Assembly (NCBI GenBank): GCA_965224485.1
Contig: CBDCZH010000019.1
Span: 167,178 to 231,177, forward strand
Source: Arcobacteraceae bacterium
GTDB taxonomy: Bacteria; Campylobacterota; Campylobacteria; Campylobacterales; Arcobacteraceae
Direction: 5' to 3'
Length of the DNA stretch: 64,000 nt
Part shown: positions 18,866-28,633 of the stretch, one piece after another
Layout: each line of letters begins with the position of its first letter
Numbering within the stretch: the stretch's first letter is position 1
The notes under the pieces: generated by a model
Databases searched by the model: none
Told to the model about the DNA's origin: nothing
Seen by the model: only the letters and a program-made list of their open reading frames with translations
Program-made: the position numbers and the translations under genes

Positions 18866-18897
18866 AAACTCATAGAAAAGCGTAAAAAGAGGAAATA

Positions 18898-19299
18898 TTA
18901 ATATTCTATAAGGGTTTTTGACTCTTTATATAAAGAAGCTACTCTTTTTCCCCATAAAGAAAAATCTAATAAATCTTTCTCATTTAATTTAAAAATATTC
19001 ATTATTTTTTTAGTAAGTTCAAACTCTTTTATATCAAAAATTTCATCAATATGTACTAATACCATAAGTTCTAAAATAGTAATTTTCTTACTTTTTTGTG
19101 ATTTAAATTCTTTTAGATTTTCTTCTAAATTAAAATCTTCTATTAAAAATACACCTGAATTTTCTATTCCCATTTCAGAGCAATATTCATTTATTATATC
19201 TTTTTCTCTTTGTTTAAATTCACCATCTACTCTTGCTAGAAAATGTGATAATTGTAAAAATGCAAATTTTTCTCTTGTTTGTAGTTTCATTAGTAACAT
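18898..19299 (-). CDS. TerB-like hypothetical protein
   Basis: LARVDGEF..E..I and a second D....E repeat, typical of TerB-like folds. Confidence 0.6.
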   Translation of the reverse strand: MLLMKLQTREKFAFLQLSHFLARVDGEFKQREKDIINEYCSEMGIENSGVFLIEDFNLEENLKEFKSQKSKKITILELMVLVHIDEIFDIKEFELTKKIMNIFKLNEKDLLDFSLWGKRVASLYKESKTLIEY

Positions 19300-19382
19300 T
19301 AAAAATCCTATGTTTTATATTCTATTTATATTAAGTTAAAGTATAAGATACAATAGTTAATACTTTATAAATAGATAAAAAA

Positions 19383-20018
19383 TTAAGCCCAGCCTGGAAA
19401 AAGTTTAATCAAACCACTAGCCATAAACTCAACAGCAATAGAAGCTAAAATTAGACCCATTATTCTTGAAATAACGTTAATTCCAATAAGTCCTAATTTT
19501 TCAGATAAATAAGCAGCCGCTCGCAAAAATAAGAAAATATTTAAAATTAAAATTCCTACTATTAAACTCATAATACTTAAATGTATAAAACCACTTGAAT
19601 AGTTTGAAAAAACTATTACTGTAGAAATCGCACCAGGTCCCATAATAAGCGGAATTGCTAGGGGAATAATAGCTAAATCTCTATTTGAAACTTTTGCTTC
19701 TTCTAACTCTTCAGGTGTCTGTTTAGATCCAGGAATTTTAGCATTTATCATATTTATTGCTAAACTTAATAATAAAATACCACCTGCAACTCTAAAAGCA
19801 GAAAGAGAGATATTAAAAAATCCTAAAATATAAGTACCTAACCAAACAGAGCATAAGGCAACTATAAGACCAGCAAAAGAAGCATTTTTAGCTAAAAGAT
19901 GTTTCTCTTGTTTTGATTTTCCAGCTGTTAGATTTACAAAAATCGGCATTGCTGAAAAAGGTCCCATAATAGCAAAAATTCCAAAAAATATTTTTACATA
20001 ATCTTCATAATCTAACAT
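19383..20018 (-). CDS. MarC family membrane protein
   Basis: FRVAGGILL, PLAIPLIMGPGAI and RIMGLIL. Confidence 0.9.
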   Translation of the reverse strand: MLDYEDYVKIFFGIFAIMGPFSAMPIFVNLTAGKSKQEKHLLAKNASFAGLIVALCSVWLGTYILGFFNISLSAFRVAGGILLLSLAINMINAKIPGSKQTPEELEEAKVSNRDLAIIPLAIPLIMGPGAISTVIVFSNYSSGFIHLSIMSLIVGILILNIFLFLRAAAYLSEKLGLIGINVISRIMGLILASIAVEFMASGLIKLFPGWA

Positions 20019-20675
20019 CTATAAGGCCTTAAGTCCTAAAATTGGGAAAACTGTTAATAGTCCTGAAATTATAAACTCAATTGAAATAGAGGCTAAGATA
20101 AGTCCCATTACTCTTGAAATAATATTAATTCCTGTAAGCCCTAGTTTTTTTGAAATTGCAGTTGCCATTCTAAGAGCAAACCAAATATATAAAGCAACAC
20201 CTAATATTATAAGACTCATCATAAGTAAGTGAAAAATCCCATCATTTTTTTGTGAATAAATTATAATTGTAGAAATGGCACCTGGTCCTGCTATTAAAGG
20301 AATTGCTAAAGGAACAACAGCAATTTCTTTTATATTTACACTTTTTTTCTTTGCTTCCTTTAATTCACTTTTTGTATTTTTAGCTTTTGGCATCTTAGCA
20401 TTTAGCATATTAATTGCCATTAGCAAAAGTAAAATACCTCCTGCTATTTTAAAAGAAGAGATTGAAATTCCAAAAAAGCCTAAGATATACTGCCCTATCC
20501 ATATAGAAACAAGACCAGCTATAAAAGCAGCAAAAGCAGCAGTTTTAGCTGTTTCCATTTTTTCAGCATGTGAGTGTTCACTTGTTAAAGATATAAAAAT
20601 AGGAATAGCAGCAAAGGGAGAAAAGATTGCCATAATACCTATAATAACTTGTATATAATCACCTAAGGGTAACAA
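20019..20675 (-). CDS. MarC family membrane protein
   Basis: FKIAGGILL, PLAIPLIAGPGAI and RVMGLIL. Confidence 0.9.
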   Translation of the reverse strand: MLPLGDYIQVIIGIMAIFSPFAAIPIFISLTSEHSHAEKMETAKTAAFAAFIAGLVSIWIGQYILGFFGISISSFKIAGGILLLLMAINMLNAKMPKAKNTKSELKEAKKKSVNIKEIAVVPLAIPLIAGPGAISTIIIYSQKNDGIFHLLMMSLIILGVALYIWFALRMATAISKKLGLTGINIISRVMGLILASISIEFIISGLLTVFPILGLKAL

Positions 20676-20799
20676 AATAAGACCTTAATAATTTTTTTAT
20701 TATTATATCTGAAATATTAGTTTTTTAGTTTTTTTAAGATGTTGTTTTTTGGTTAGTAAGTTAGTAGGTTTTTATATTTAATTTTTTTTACTTACAGAG

Positions 20800-21495
20800 C
20801 TAAGCACCTAAATACTTAGCTCTTATTTCATCAGAATTAATTAAATCTTTGGCAGGACCTTCAAGGGCAACTAAACCATTTTCTAAAACATAAGCATAAT
20901 TTGAAACTTCTAAAGCAGCAAAAGCATTTTGTTCAACTAATAAAATAGTCATACCTTCTTCTTTTAGTCTAATAATTGTATCAAATAACTCACCAATAAT
21001 TTTAGGAGCAAGTCCTAATGATGGTTCATCAAGCATAAGAAGTCTAGGACTTGACATCAAAGCCCTAGCAATTGCAAGCATTTGTTGCTCACCTCCACTC
21101 ATAGTTCCAGCTAACTGACCTTTTTTAGCAACAAGTCTTGGAAATAGTTTAAACATCTCTTCTTGAAGTTCTTCATATTTAGAATCATTGTTAAAAGCAC
21201 CCATTCTAAGGTTCTCTTCAATACTTAGATTCTGAAAACATCTTCTACCTTCAGGAACTAAAGCAATGTCACTTTGTATTATTTTATGAGTTTGTTCTTT
21301 TGAAATATCTTTACCCTCAAAAATAATTTGACCAGTTTTTTTAACATCATTTACAATTGATTGTAAGGTTGATGTTTTACCCGCACCATTTGAACCAATT
21401 AATGAAATAATTTCACCTTTAGGAACTTCGAAATCTATACCTTTTACAGCTTTTATAAGCCCATAAAATACTTCTAAATTTTTTACTTTAAGCAT
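20800..21495 (-). CDS. livF: Branched-chain amino acid ABC ATP-binding protein
   Basis: GSNGAGKT, VPEGR, MSGGEQQML and DEPSLGLAP; start refined to MLKVKNL. Confidence 0.92.
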   Translation of the reverse strand: MLKVKNLEVFYGLIKAVKGIDFEVPKGEIISLIGSNGAGKTSTLQSIVNDVKKTGQIIFEGKDISKEQTHKIIQSDIALVPEGRRCFQNLSIEENLRMGAFNNDSKYEELQEEMFKLFPRLVAKKGQLAGTMSGGEQQMLAIARALMSSPRLLMLDEPSLGLAPKIIGELFDTIIRLKEEGMTILLVEQNAFAALEVSNYAYVLENGLVALEGPAKDLINSDEIRAKYLGA

Positions 21496-22255
21496 GTTTA
21501 AAATCTCCAAGATAAGCTTTTATAACTTCTTCATCTTTAATGGCATCTTTAATATCACCTTCAAAGATAGTTTTTCCATAATCTAAAACCATAACCCTAT
21601 CACATAATTTATTTACAAACTTCATATCATGCTCAATTAATAAAATAGTAATATCAAACTCATCTCTAATTTTAAAAAAAAGTTCTGCTAATTCATGTGT
21701 TTCTTGTGGATTCATACCAGCTGCTGGTTCATCTAAAAGAAGAAGTTGAGGATTTGCAGCAAGTGCACGTGCTATTTCAACCTTTCTTTGCTGACCATAA
21801 GATAAAGAAGTAGCTAATTCATTTGCAAATTCATTAATTCCTAAAACTTCCATTATTTCACTAGCTCTTTTTTTTACACGTCTCTCTTCAGTAAAAAATC
21901 GAGGAAGTCTAAAAATAGATTCTAAATAAGTATACGTTGTTTGATAATCAAAACCTATTAAAACATTATCCATTACACTCATTGATTTAAATAATCTAAT
22001 ATTCTGAAAAGTTCTAGCTATTCCTCTATGAACAATTTTAAAAGGTTTCATCCCATCAATTCTTTGCCCATGGAACTTAATAGCGCCTTCACTTGGCTCA
22101 TAGTTTCCTGTTATTATATTAAACATAGTTGTTTTACCAGCACCATTTGGCCCAATTAAACCATAAATTTCTTTAGACTTAACAGCAAAAGAAGTATTAT
22201 TTATAGCAGTAACTCCACCAAATTTCTTACTAACATTGCAAACTTCTAAAATCAT
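21488..22255 (-). CDS. livG: Branched-chain amino acid ABC ATP-binding protein
   Basis: GPNGAGKTT, ARTFQNIRLF, LSYGQQR and DEPAAGMN. Confidence 0.92.
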   Translation of the reverse strand: MILEVCNVSKKFGGVTAINNTSFAVKSKEIYGLIGPNGAGKTTMFNIITGNYEPSEGAIKFHGQRIDGMKPFKIVHRGIARTFQNIRLFKSMSVMDNVLIGFDYQTTYTYLESIFRLPRFFTEERRVKKRASEIMEVLGINEFANELATSLSYGQQRKVEIARALAANPQLLLLDEPAAGMNPQETHELAELFFKIRDEFDITILLIEHDMKFVNKLCDRVMVLDYGKTIFEGDIKDAIKDEEVIKAYLGDFKHA

Positions 22256-23289
22256 TTGTCTGCCTTTTTTCTTTTAAATAAACCTTTTAACTCTTTTTTA
22301 CCCATTAAACCCTCACGTGCAAAAAGCATAACAAAGATTAAAATTAAGGAGAATACTACCATTCTCATACCAGGCATTCCTTCTGTTTGAAAACCAAAAA
22401 GATTCATAGGTTCATCTAAAAATCTCATATATTCTAAACCAGCCATTACAAAAATTGTTCCTAAAATTGCACCTGTTGTACTTCCTAAACCACCTAAAAC
22501 AATTATAATTAAGAGCTGAAAAGTTAAGAAAAAGGTAAATAAATCTGGACTTATTGAAGTTAATAAAGCAGCTAATAAACCTCCACCAACACCTTCAAAA
22601 AAAGCAGATGTTGTAAATGCAAGAGTTTTTATTTTAAAAGTATTAACTCCCATAGCTGTTGCTGCATCTTCGTCATCACGTACAGCTTTCATAGCACGAC
22701 CGAATTTTGAGTAAATTATATTTAATATGGCTAGAACTGCTAAAATAGCTAGTCCCCCCGTCCAATAAAGGTTTGAGGCTTCTGGTATATCATTTATTCC
22801 TAAAGAACCATTAGTAATCTCAGGAGAATTAATAGCTAAAATTCTAATAATAAAACCAAAACCTAAAGTTACAATAGCTAAATAATCACCTCTTACTCTA
22901 AAAACAGGAAACGCTAAAGATAGAGCTAATAAGGCAGAAATAATACCTGAGAATAATAAAGCCCAAACAAAATCAGCTTGTAACATCAAAATCCAAGGAC
23001 TTGGATCTTCTATATCATATTGATAAAGCATTGTTTCACTATCAACCATCAAAATAGCAGTAACATAAGCTCCAATTGCAATAAAACCATTCGGTTCAAG
23101 TGAAAATTGTCCAGTAATTCCATTAATTAAGTTATAAGAAACAGCTAAAATGATAAATATTGCAACATTATTTAAAATTCTAATAGTATACTCATCAAAA
23201 TAATTTTGAGCAAACCAAATAAACCACATAGCTGTAACTATAATGGCTAAATTTATTATTCTATCTTTTGTAAATATAGATTCATTCAT
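22252..23289 (-). CDS. livM: Branched-chain amino acid ABC permease
   Basis: RGDYLAIVTLGFG, GRAMKAVRDDE and VLGGLGS. Confidence 0.92.
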   Translation of the reverse strand: MNESIFTKDRIINLAIIVTAMWFIWFAQNYFDEYTIRILNNVAIFIILAVSYNLINGITGQFSLEPNGFIAIGAYVTAILMVDSETMLYQYDIEDPSPWILMLQADFVWALLFSGIISALLALSLAFPVFRVRGDYLAIVTLGFGFIIRILAINSPEITNGSLGINDIPEASNLYWTGGLAILAVLAILNIIYSKFGRAMKAVRDDEDAATAMGVNTFKIKTLAFTTSAFFEGVGGGLLAALLTSISPDLFTFFLTFQLLIIIVLGGLGSTTGAILGTIFVMAGLEYMRFLDEPMNLFGFQTEGMPGMRMVVFSLILIFVMLFAREGLMGKKELKGLFKRKKADK

Positions 23290-23290
23290 C

Positions 23291-24187
23291 TTAAAACCTA
23301 CTCTTTTCTAAATCTTCACCCATAATACCAGTTGGTTTTATAAGTAATACTAAAATTAAAAAAACAAAAGCAAAAGCATCTTTATATCCACTCATATCAG
23401 GCCAAAATGCAATTACGACTACTTCTGTAAAACCAATAATAAAACCACCTAAAACAGCTCCAGAAACAGAACCAATACCTCCAACAACAGCAGCTGCAAA
23501 AGCTTTTAAGCCAACTAAAACTCCCATCATTGGTTCAACACTAGGATAGTTAACTGCCCAAAAAATTCCACCAATAGCAGCAAGGGCTGAACCTAAACCA
23601 AAAACTATTGAAATAATACTATTAGCATTAATTCCCATTAAATTTACTGTTTTAATATCAAAAGATAAAGCTCTAATAGCCATACCATATTTTGTTTTAT
23701 ATAAAACATATAAAATTCCTAGAAGCAAAAATAATGTAACAATAGGAACCATAATAGAAGCAACAGAGAAAATAACTCCAGAAAGATTGAAAATATGTTC
23801 CATATATTCAGGAACAGGAAAAGCTCTTGGTGTTCCTCCTGCAAAAACAGTAAAAGAATTTTCTAAGAAAAAAGAGATACCAATTGCAGTAATTAATAAA
23901 GAGATTTTGGGAGCTTCTCTTAAGGGTTTATAAGCAATTTTATCCATAAACATACCTAAAAGAGCAGATATTACTATTGCTAATAAAACTGCTACAGGAA
24001 AAGAAAGTTCTAAAACTGACATTAAACTATAACCCAAAAAAGCACCAACCATCATAATATCACCATGTGCGAAGTTTATAAGTCGTAAAACACCATAAAC
24101 CATTGTATAACCAATTGCAATAAGAGCATACATACTGCCCAAACTAAAACCGTTTACCATTTGTTGCATGAAGGTTAATAGATCCAT
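23291..24187 (-). CDS. livH: Branched-chain amino acid ABC permease
   Basis: GYTMVYGVLRLINFAHG and KAFAAAVVGGIGS. Confidence 0.93.
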   Translation of the reverse strand: MDLLTFMQQMVNGFSLGSMYALIAIGYTMVYGVLRLINFAHGDIMMVGAFLGYSLMSVLELSFPVAVLLAIVISALLGMFMDKIAYKPLREAPKISLLITAIGISFFLENSFTVFAGGTPRAFPVPEYMEHIFNLSGVIFSVASIMVPIVTLFLLLGILYVLYKTKYGMAIRALSFDIKTVNLMGINANSIISIVFGLGSALAAIGGIFWAVNYPSVEPMMGVLVGLKAFAAAVVGGIGSVSGAVLGGFIIGFTEVVVIAFWPDMSGYKDAFAFVFLILVLLIKPTGIMGEDLEKSRF

Positions 24188-24270
24188 TTATTCTCCTGAT
24201 TTGTCTAGCATATATTTATATTAAAAAAACTAAATTTTCATATTCTGTTATCTTTTAGTCTTTATAATAT

Positions 24271-24297
24271 AAAAAAGCCTAGCTAAAAGCTAGGCTT
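24271..24297 (-). terminator. Hairpin after the liv substrate-binding gene
   Basis: aagcctagct-aaa-agctaggctt with a U-tract on the minus strand. Confidence 0.75.
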
Positions 24298-24316
24298 GTG
24301 ATTTTTAATAAAATAA

Positions 24317-25435
24317 CTAAGGATTAACTGTAGCTTTAAAAACTGCAACACCATCTTTTATTATTTTTATAACAGCTGATCTTGTTGCATTTCCATTTTT
24401 ATCAATAGAAATCATTCCAGATACTCCATCAAAATTAAGAGTTTTTTTAATCTCATTATTAATACAAATAGAATTACTTGGATCTTCACATCTGTTCATT
24501 GCAGCAATTAATACATTATAAGTATCGGCACCTAAAGCAGTGAAAGAATTTACTTCTTTTTTTCCTAAAGCTTTTTCATGAAAAGCAACAAATTTAGCAG
24601 ATGTTTTTGAAGGAGGATTTAAATAATCAAAAAAGTCTGTAAACATATAACCATCAACAGATTTTCCACCTAAGTCAATAAATGTCTGATTTGCAACACC
24701 ATCTCCTGAAAACATAGGTTTAACTAATCCTAATTGTTTAGATTGACGTGCTATCATTGAAGCTTCTGGGTGATATAGAGGTAAGAACATAAAGTCTGGG
24801 TTTATTCTTTTTATTTGAGATACTACTGCTTTAAAATCTTTATCTCCAGAAGTGATTTTGATTTTTTTAAGTATTTTTCCACCAGCTTTTTTAAAAGCTT
24901 TTTGAAATGCTTTAGCAAGTCCAAGTGAATAAACCTGAGCTTGATCAACAATAATAACTGCAGTTTTTAAACCTAAGTCATTTATTGCATAATTTGCAAC
25001 AACTTCACCTTGAAAACTATCAGTAAAACAAACTCTATTTGCAAATGTTCTTCTTGCAGTTAATTTATCATTTGTAGCAACTGAGGCAATAACTGGTATT
25101 TTTTTCTTATCTGCAATTGCTATTACTTGAGCTGTATTTGTAGATGTTAAAGCACCTAAAATAGCAACAACTTTATCTGAAGAGATAAGCCTAGTTGTTG
25201 CATTTGCTGTTTCAACTTTATCACCTTTGTTATCTAAAAGTACAATTTTAATTGTATCACCATTTTTAAGCGTAGGCTGTAATTTATGTGCTAATTTAAC
25301 ACCTTCATTTGTAACTTGCCCATAAGCTGCTATGGGTCCTGACATTGGCATAATAGCACCAATTTTAATCTCTTTAGCACTTACAACACTTAAACTTAAA
25401 ACTGTTGCAAGAGTTAATCCTAAAAATTTTTTCAT
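24317..25435 (-). CDS. Branched-chain amino acid ABC substrate-binding protein (LivJ/K family)
   Basis: Signal peptide, RVCFTDSFQG and operon context. Confidence 0.88.
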   Translation of the reverse strand: MKKFLGLTLATVLSLSVVSAKEIKIGAIMPMSGPIAAYGQVTNEGVKLAHKLQPTLKNGDTIKIVLLDNKGDKVETANATTRLISSDKVVAILGALTSTNTAQVIAIADKKKIPVIASVATNDKLTARRTFANRVCFTDSFQGEVVANYAINDLGLKTAVIIVDQAQVYSLGLAKAFQKAFKKAGGKILKKIKITSGDKDFKAVVSQIKRINPDFMFLPLYHPEASMIARQSKQLGLVKPMFSGDGVANQTFIDLGGKSVDGYMFTDFFDYLNPPSKTSAKFVAFHEKALGKKEVNSFTALGADTYNVLIAAMNRCEDPSNSICINNEIKKTLNFDGVSGMISIDKNGNATRSAVIKIIKDGVAVFKATVNP

Positions 25436-25594
25436 TCATTACTCCTTTTATTTATTAAAGGTTAGCATATTAATCTAAATAAATATATGAAAAAATTATA
25501 AAATTCTTTTTTTTTTATAAAAAGTTATAAATATGTGTATAAATTTATTTATTTTTTAGTAATGCTATGCTAATGCTACGTTTTTAATAAATTA

Positions 25595-25936
25595 TTACTG
25601 CATTTCTAAGCTCATTAGATACATATCTTCACCATCTAAAACTTTTATATTGTTAGAAGAACAGTGTAAACATAAAAATTCATTTTTTTCTAGAGTAGAT
25701 TCTTTGTCACAACTTTTGCATAAAATTATGACTTTTTGAGGATTAATTATAAACTCACAACCGTCACAAATAGTTTTTTCTTTAAAAGTATCAAAAGCAC
25801 TTTGCAATAAGTCTATTTCTACCCCACTTAAAACTCCTACTTTTATTATAACTTTAGTAACTTTTTTAGCTTTATTTTTTACTGCATGTTCTTCACAAGA
25901 ATCTATTAAAGACTGAACAATACTATACTCATGCAT
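25595..25936 (-). CDS. hypA: Hydrogenase nickel chaperone
   Basis: MHEYSI start and two CxxC motifs. Confidence 0.95.
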   Translation of the reverse strand: MHEYSIVQSLIDSCEEHAVKNKAKKVTKVIIKVGVLSGVEIDLLQSAFDTFKEKTICDGCEFIINPQKVIILCKSCDKESTLEKNEFLCLHCSSNNIKVLDGEDMYLMSLEMQ

Positions 25937-26930
25937 TAGCAAATCCTTGGAAGTAATTCACCACTAGGAGAATCAATAAATCTTTGCGTTCCCCAAGCTG
26001 TATTTAAAATTACTTTTTTCAAGTGTTTTTGTGTAACTTTACCTATAACACTTGCATGTTTACTAAGAGCATGTGAGCTAAGAATTTCCATTGCTTTTTT
26101 CTCTTGATCTTTAGAAACTGCTAAAACAAAAGTTCCTTCATTTGCTAAATTTAAAGCCTCAAAACCTAAAAGCTCACAAAGACCTTGTACTTCTTGGCAT
26201 ATAGGAATTTTTTCTTCTTCTACTTCTATACAAATATTTGATTGTTTTGCCCACTCATTTAAAACAGCAGCTAAACCACCTCTTGTTGCATCTCTTAGCG
26301 CTGTTATTTTAATACCATTTTTGATTAGTTCATTAATTACAGGCCATAAAGAAGCACAATCTGATTGCAGGTTTGATTCTAGCTCGATTCCTTCTCTTGC
26401 TGCAAAAATAGTAGCCCCGTGTTTTCCAATTTGGTTTGAAACAATAATAATATCATTTTGGCTTATATTATTAGACGAAATACCTTTTTGTTGTATTTCC
26501 CCTATTCAGATATATTTATAAAAAGTTTATCAACCGCACCTTTGGGTACTACTTTTGTATCACCTGAAACTATAATAGCTTCATTTATAGCTAATTCTTT
26601 TTTCATAGAATTTACTATTTTTTCTAACTTTCTATAAGAAAAACCTTCTTCAATTATAACAGCACAAGTTAAATACTTAGGACGAGCACCCATCATGGCT
26701 AAATCATTACACGTTCCACAAATTGAGAGCTTTCCTATATCAGCCCCTGGAAACTCTAGGGGAGAGACAGTAAAACTATCTGTGCTAAAAGCTAAAGTTC
26801 CACCTTGTATAACAGCAGCATCTTCACTTTTTTCTAAAATATCATTTTTAAAGTTTTTATAAAAAATCTTTGATATTAATTCATTGTTTTCTTCCCCACC
26901 ATTTCCACACGCTAAAGAGATTTCTTTCAT
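25936..26930 (-). CDS. hypE: Hydrogenase maturation protein HypE, frameshifted near 26507
   Basis: TDSFTVSP, CNDLAMMGA, GDTKVVP; other frame continues RDATRGG..ANEG..GELLPRIC*. Confidence 0.92.
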
Positions 26931-26951
26931 TTTCGTTCCTTCAATGAAAGA

Positions 26952-27000
26952 AAAGTGAAAAATGAAGAGTTAAAAATGAAAAATGAAGAGTTAAGAGTTA
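26952..27000. repeat. Seven tandem degenerate heptamers (ARARTKA)
   Basis: aaagtga aaaatga agagtta aaaatga aaaatga agagtta agagtta. Confidence 0.8.
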
Positions 27001-27079
27001 CGCTTCGCTTTTATAATTTACTTTCAGTAATTACTTTTCTTGTTTTATTTCTGTTTTACTTTTTTTATAAAATATTAAA

Positions 27080-27215
27080 TTTGATTTAGAATTTAGATTT
27101 TTAGTGCAAATCAAGGCGGGTATTTAAACTTAGGCAGGAGCATACAAACGTATGTGAGTGTCTAAGTTAAAATACCCAACGCAGAGTTGTGCAAAAATCT
27201 ACTTTCTAAATCAAA
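27080..27215 (+). repeat. ERIC-like structured repeat, copy 3
   Basis: aatcAAGGCG-ggtatttaaacttaggca-GGAG-catac/gtatg-TGAG-tgtctaagttaaaatacc-cAACGCAGAGt; outer tttgatttagaa/ttctaaatcaaa. Confidence 0.85.
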
Positions 27216-27218
27216 ATT

Positions 27219-28364
27219 TTAAATCAAATTTCCGTATTTGTAGTAGGCAGAGCAAGCACCTTCTGAGCTTACCATACACGAACCTAAAGGACTACTTGGT
27301 TTACATGCCGTTCCAAAAACCGTACACTCATCTGGTTTAGCAAGTCCTCTCATAATATCTCCACAAATACATAAATGATGATCATCTATTTCATCAATTG
27401 GTAGAATATCTTTATATATTACTTCAGCATCTAAAAAAGCGTACTCATCTTTTAATTTCATTGCTGATTTTCTTACTCTTCCTAAACCTCTAAATTTAAA
27501 AACATCTGCTTTTTGCAAATATTTATTTATCAAATTTTGAGCTGTGATATTTCCTTCATAAGAAACTGATCTTTTATACTGAATTTCTAGTTCACATCTA
27601 TTTTGTGTAAACTGTTTTATTATCATTAAAAGTGCTTGCATTACATCTAAGGGTTCAAAACCAGCAACTACTACAGGAATATTATGCTTTTTTGGAAACT
27701 GTGCATATATTTTTGCCCCTGAGATAACAGAAACATGAGCTGGGCCTATAAAAGCATCAATATTATTATCATAAGAGTTTACTTGAACATCATCGCTGCT
27801 TATTAACTCTAACATGGCTTGAGGAATTGTTACATGATTTATATGAAAAAGAATATTTTTAATATCATTTTTTATTACGTGATTTATTAAAGCAGCAGTC
27901 ATAGGAGTTGTTGTCTCAAAACCTATTGCAAAAAATATTACTTTTTTTAAAGGATTATCTTTTGCTATTTTTAACGTATCTAAAGGTGAATAAACAAATC
28001 TAACATCAGCACCTTTTGCCCTTGCTTTTTGTAAAGAACCCTTAGAACCTGGAACTTTTATCATATCACCTAAGGTAACTAAAATAACATCAGGCAACAA
28101 AGACAGTACATAAGCGTGGTCAATTCTCTCTTTTGGCATAATACAAACAGGACAGCCAGGGCCATGAATAAAGTCAATATTTTTAGGCATTAATTGATTT
28201 AATCCATATTTCATAATTGTATGAGTATGACCACCACAAACTTCCATAACTCTAAGAGGATGATTTAGTTTTTTTGCTTCTTTTTGTATAGCTTTTGCTA
28301 AGGCTTTTATACTCTTAGCATCTCTAAACCCATCATACAAATCTTTTAGTTTTAAAGTAGACAT
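27219..28364 (-). CDS. hypD: Hydrogenase maturation protein HypD
   Basis: MEVCGGHT, GPGCPVC, GFETT and CMVSSEGAC. Confidence 0.97.
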   Translation of the reverse strand: MSTLKLKDLYDGFRDAKSIKALAKAIQKEAKKLNHPLRVMEVCGGHTHTIMKYGLNQLMPKNIDFIHGPGCPVCIMPKERIDHAYVLSLLPDVILVTLGDMIKVPGSKGSLQKARAKGADVRFVYSPLDTLKIAKDNPLKKVIFFAIGFETTTPMTAALINHVIKNDIKNILFHINHVTIPQAMLELISSDDVQVNSYDNNIDAFIGPAHVSVISGAKIYAQFPKKHNIPVVVAGFEPLDVMQALLMIIKQFTQNRCELEIQYKRSVSYEGNITAQNLINKYLQKADVFKFRGLGRVRKSAMKLKDEYAFLDAEVIYKDILPIDEIDDHHLCICGDIMRGLAKPDECTVFGTACKPSSPLGSCMVSSEGACSAYYKYGNLI

Positions 28365-28633
28365 TAGTTTTGAACTTCTTCTAAAGCAGCAATCCTATCT
28401 TCTTCTTCAATTTGTGCAATTATTTCTTTATAAACTTCTAAGGATTCTAAGGCTGCTTTTTCATCTATTTTGTTCATAGCAAAACCAATATGAATTAAAA
28501 CATAATCTCCAATTTCTACGTCTTGATCTATTAAATCTAAAGAAGCATTTCGTGATACTCCCATAGTATCAACTGTACAGACATTATTCTCTTTATCTAT
28601 TTTAGTGATTTTAGAAGGAATTGAAAGACACAT
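28364..28633 (-). CDS. hypC: Hydrogenase chaperone HypC
   Basis: MCLSIP and VLIHIGFA. Confidence 0.96.
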   Translation of the reverse strand: MCLSIPSKITKIDKENNVCTVDTMGVSRNASLDLIDQDVEIGDYVLIHIGFAMNKIDEKAALESLEVYKEIIAQIEEEDRIAALEEVQN

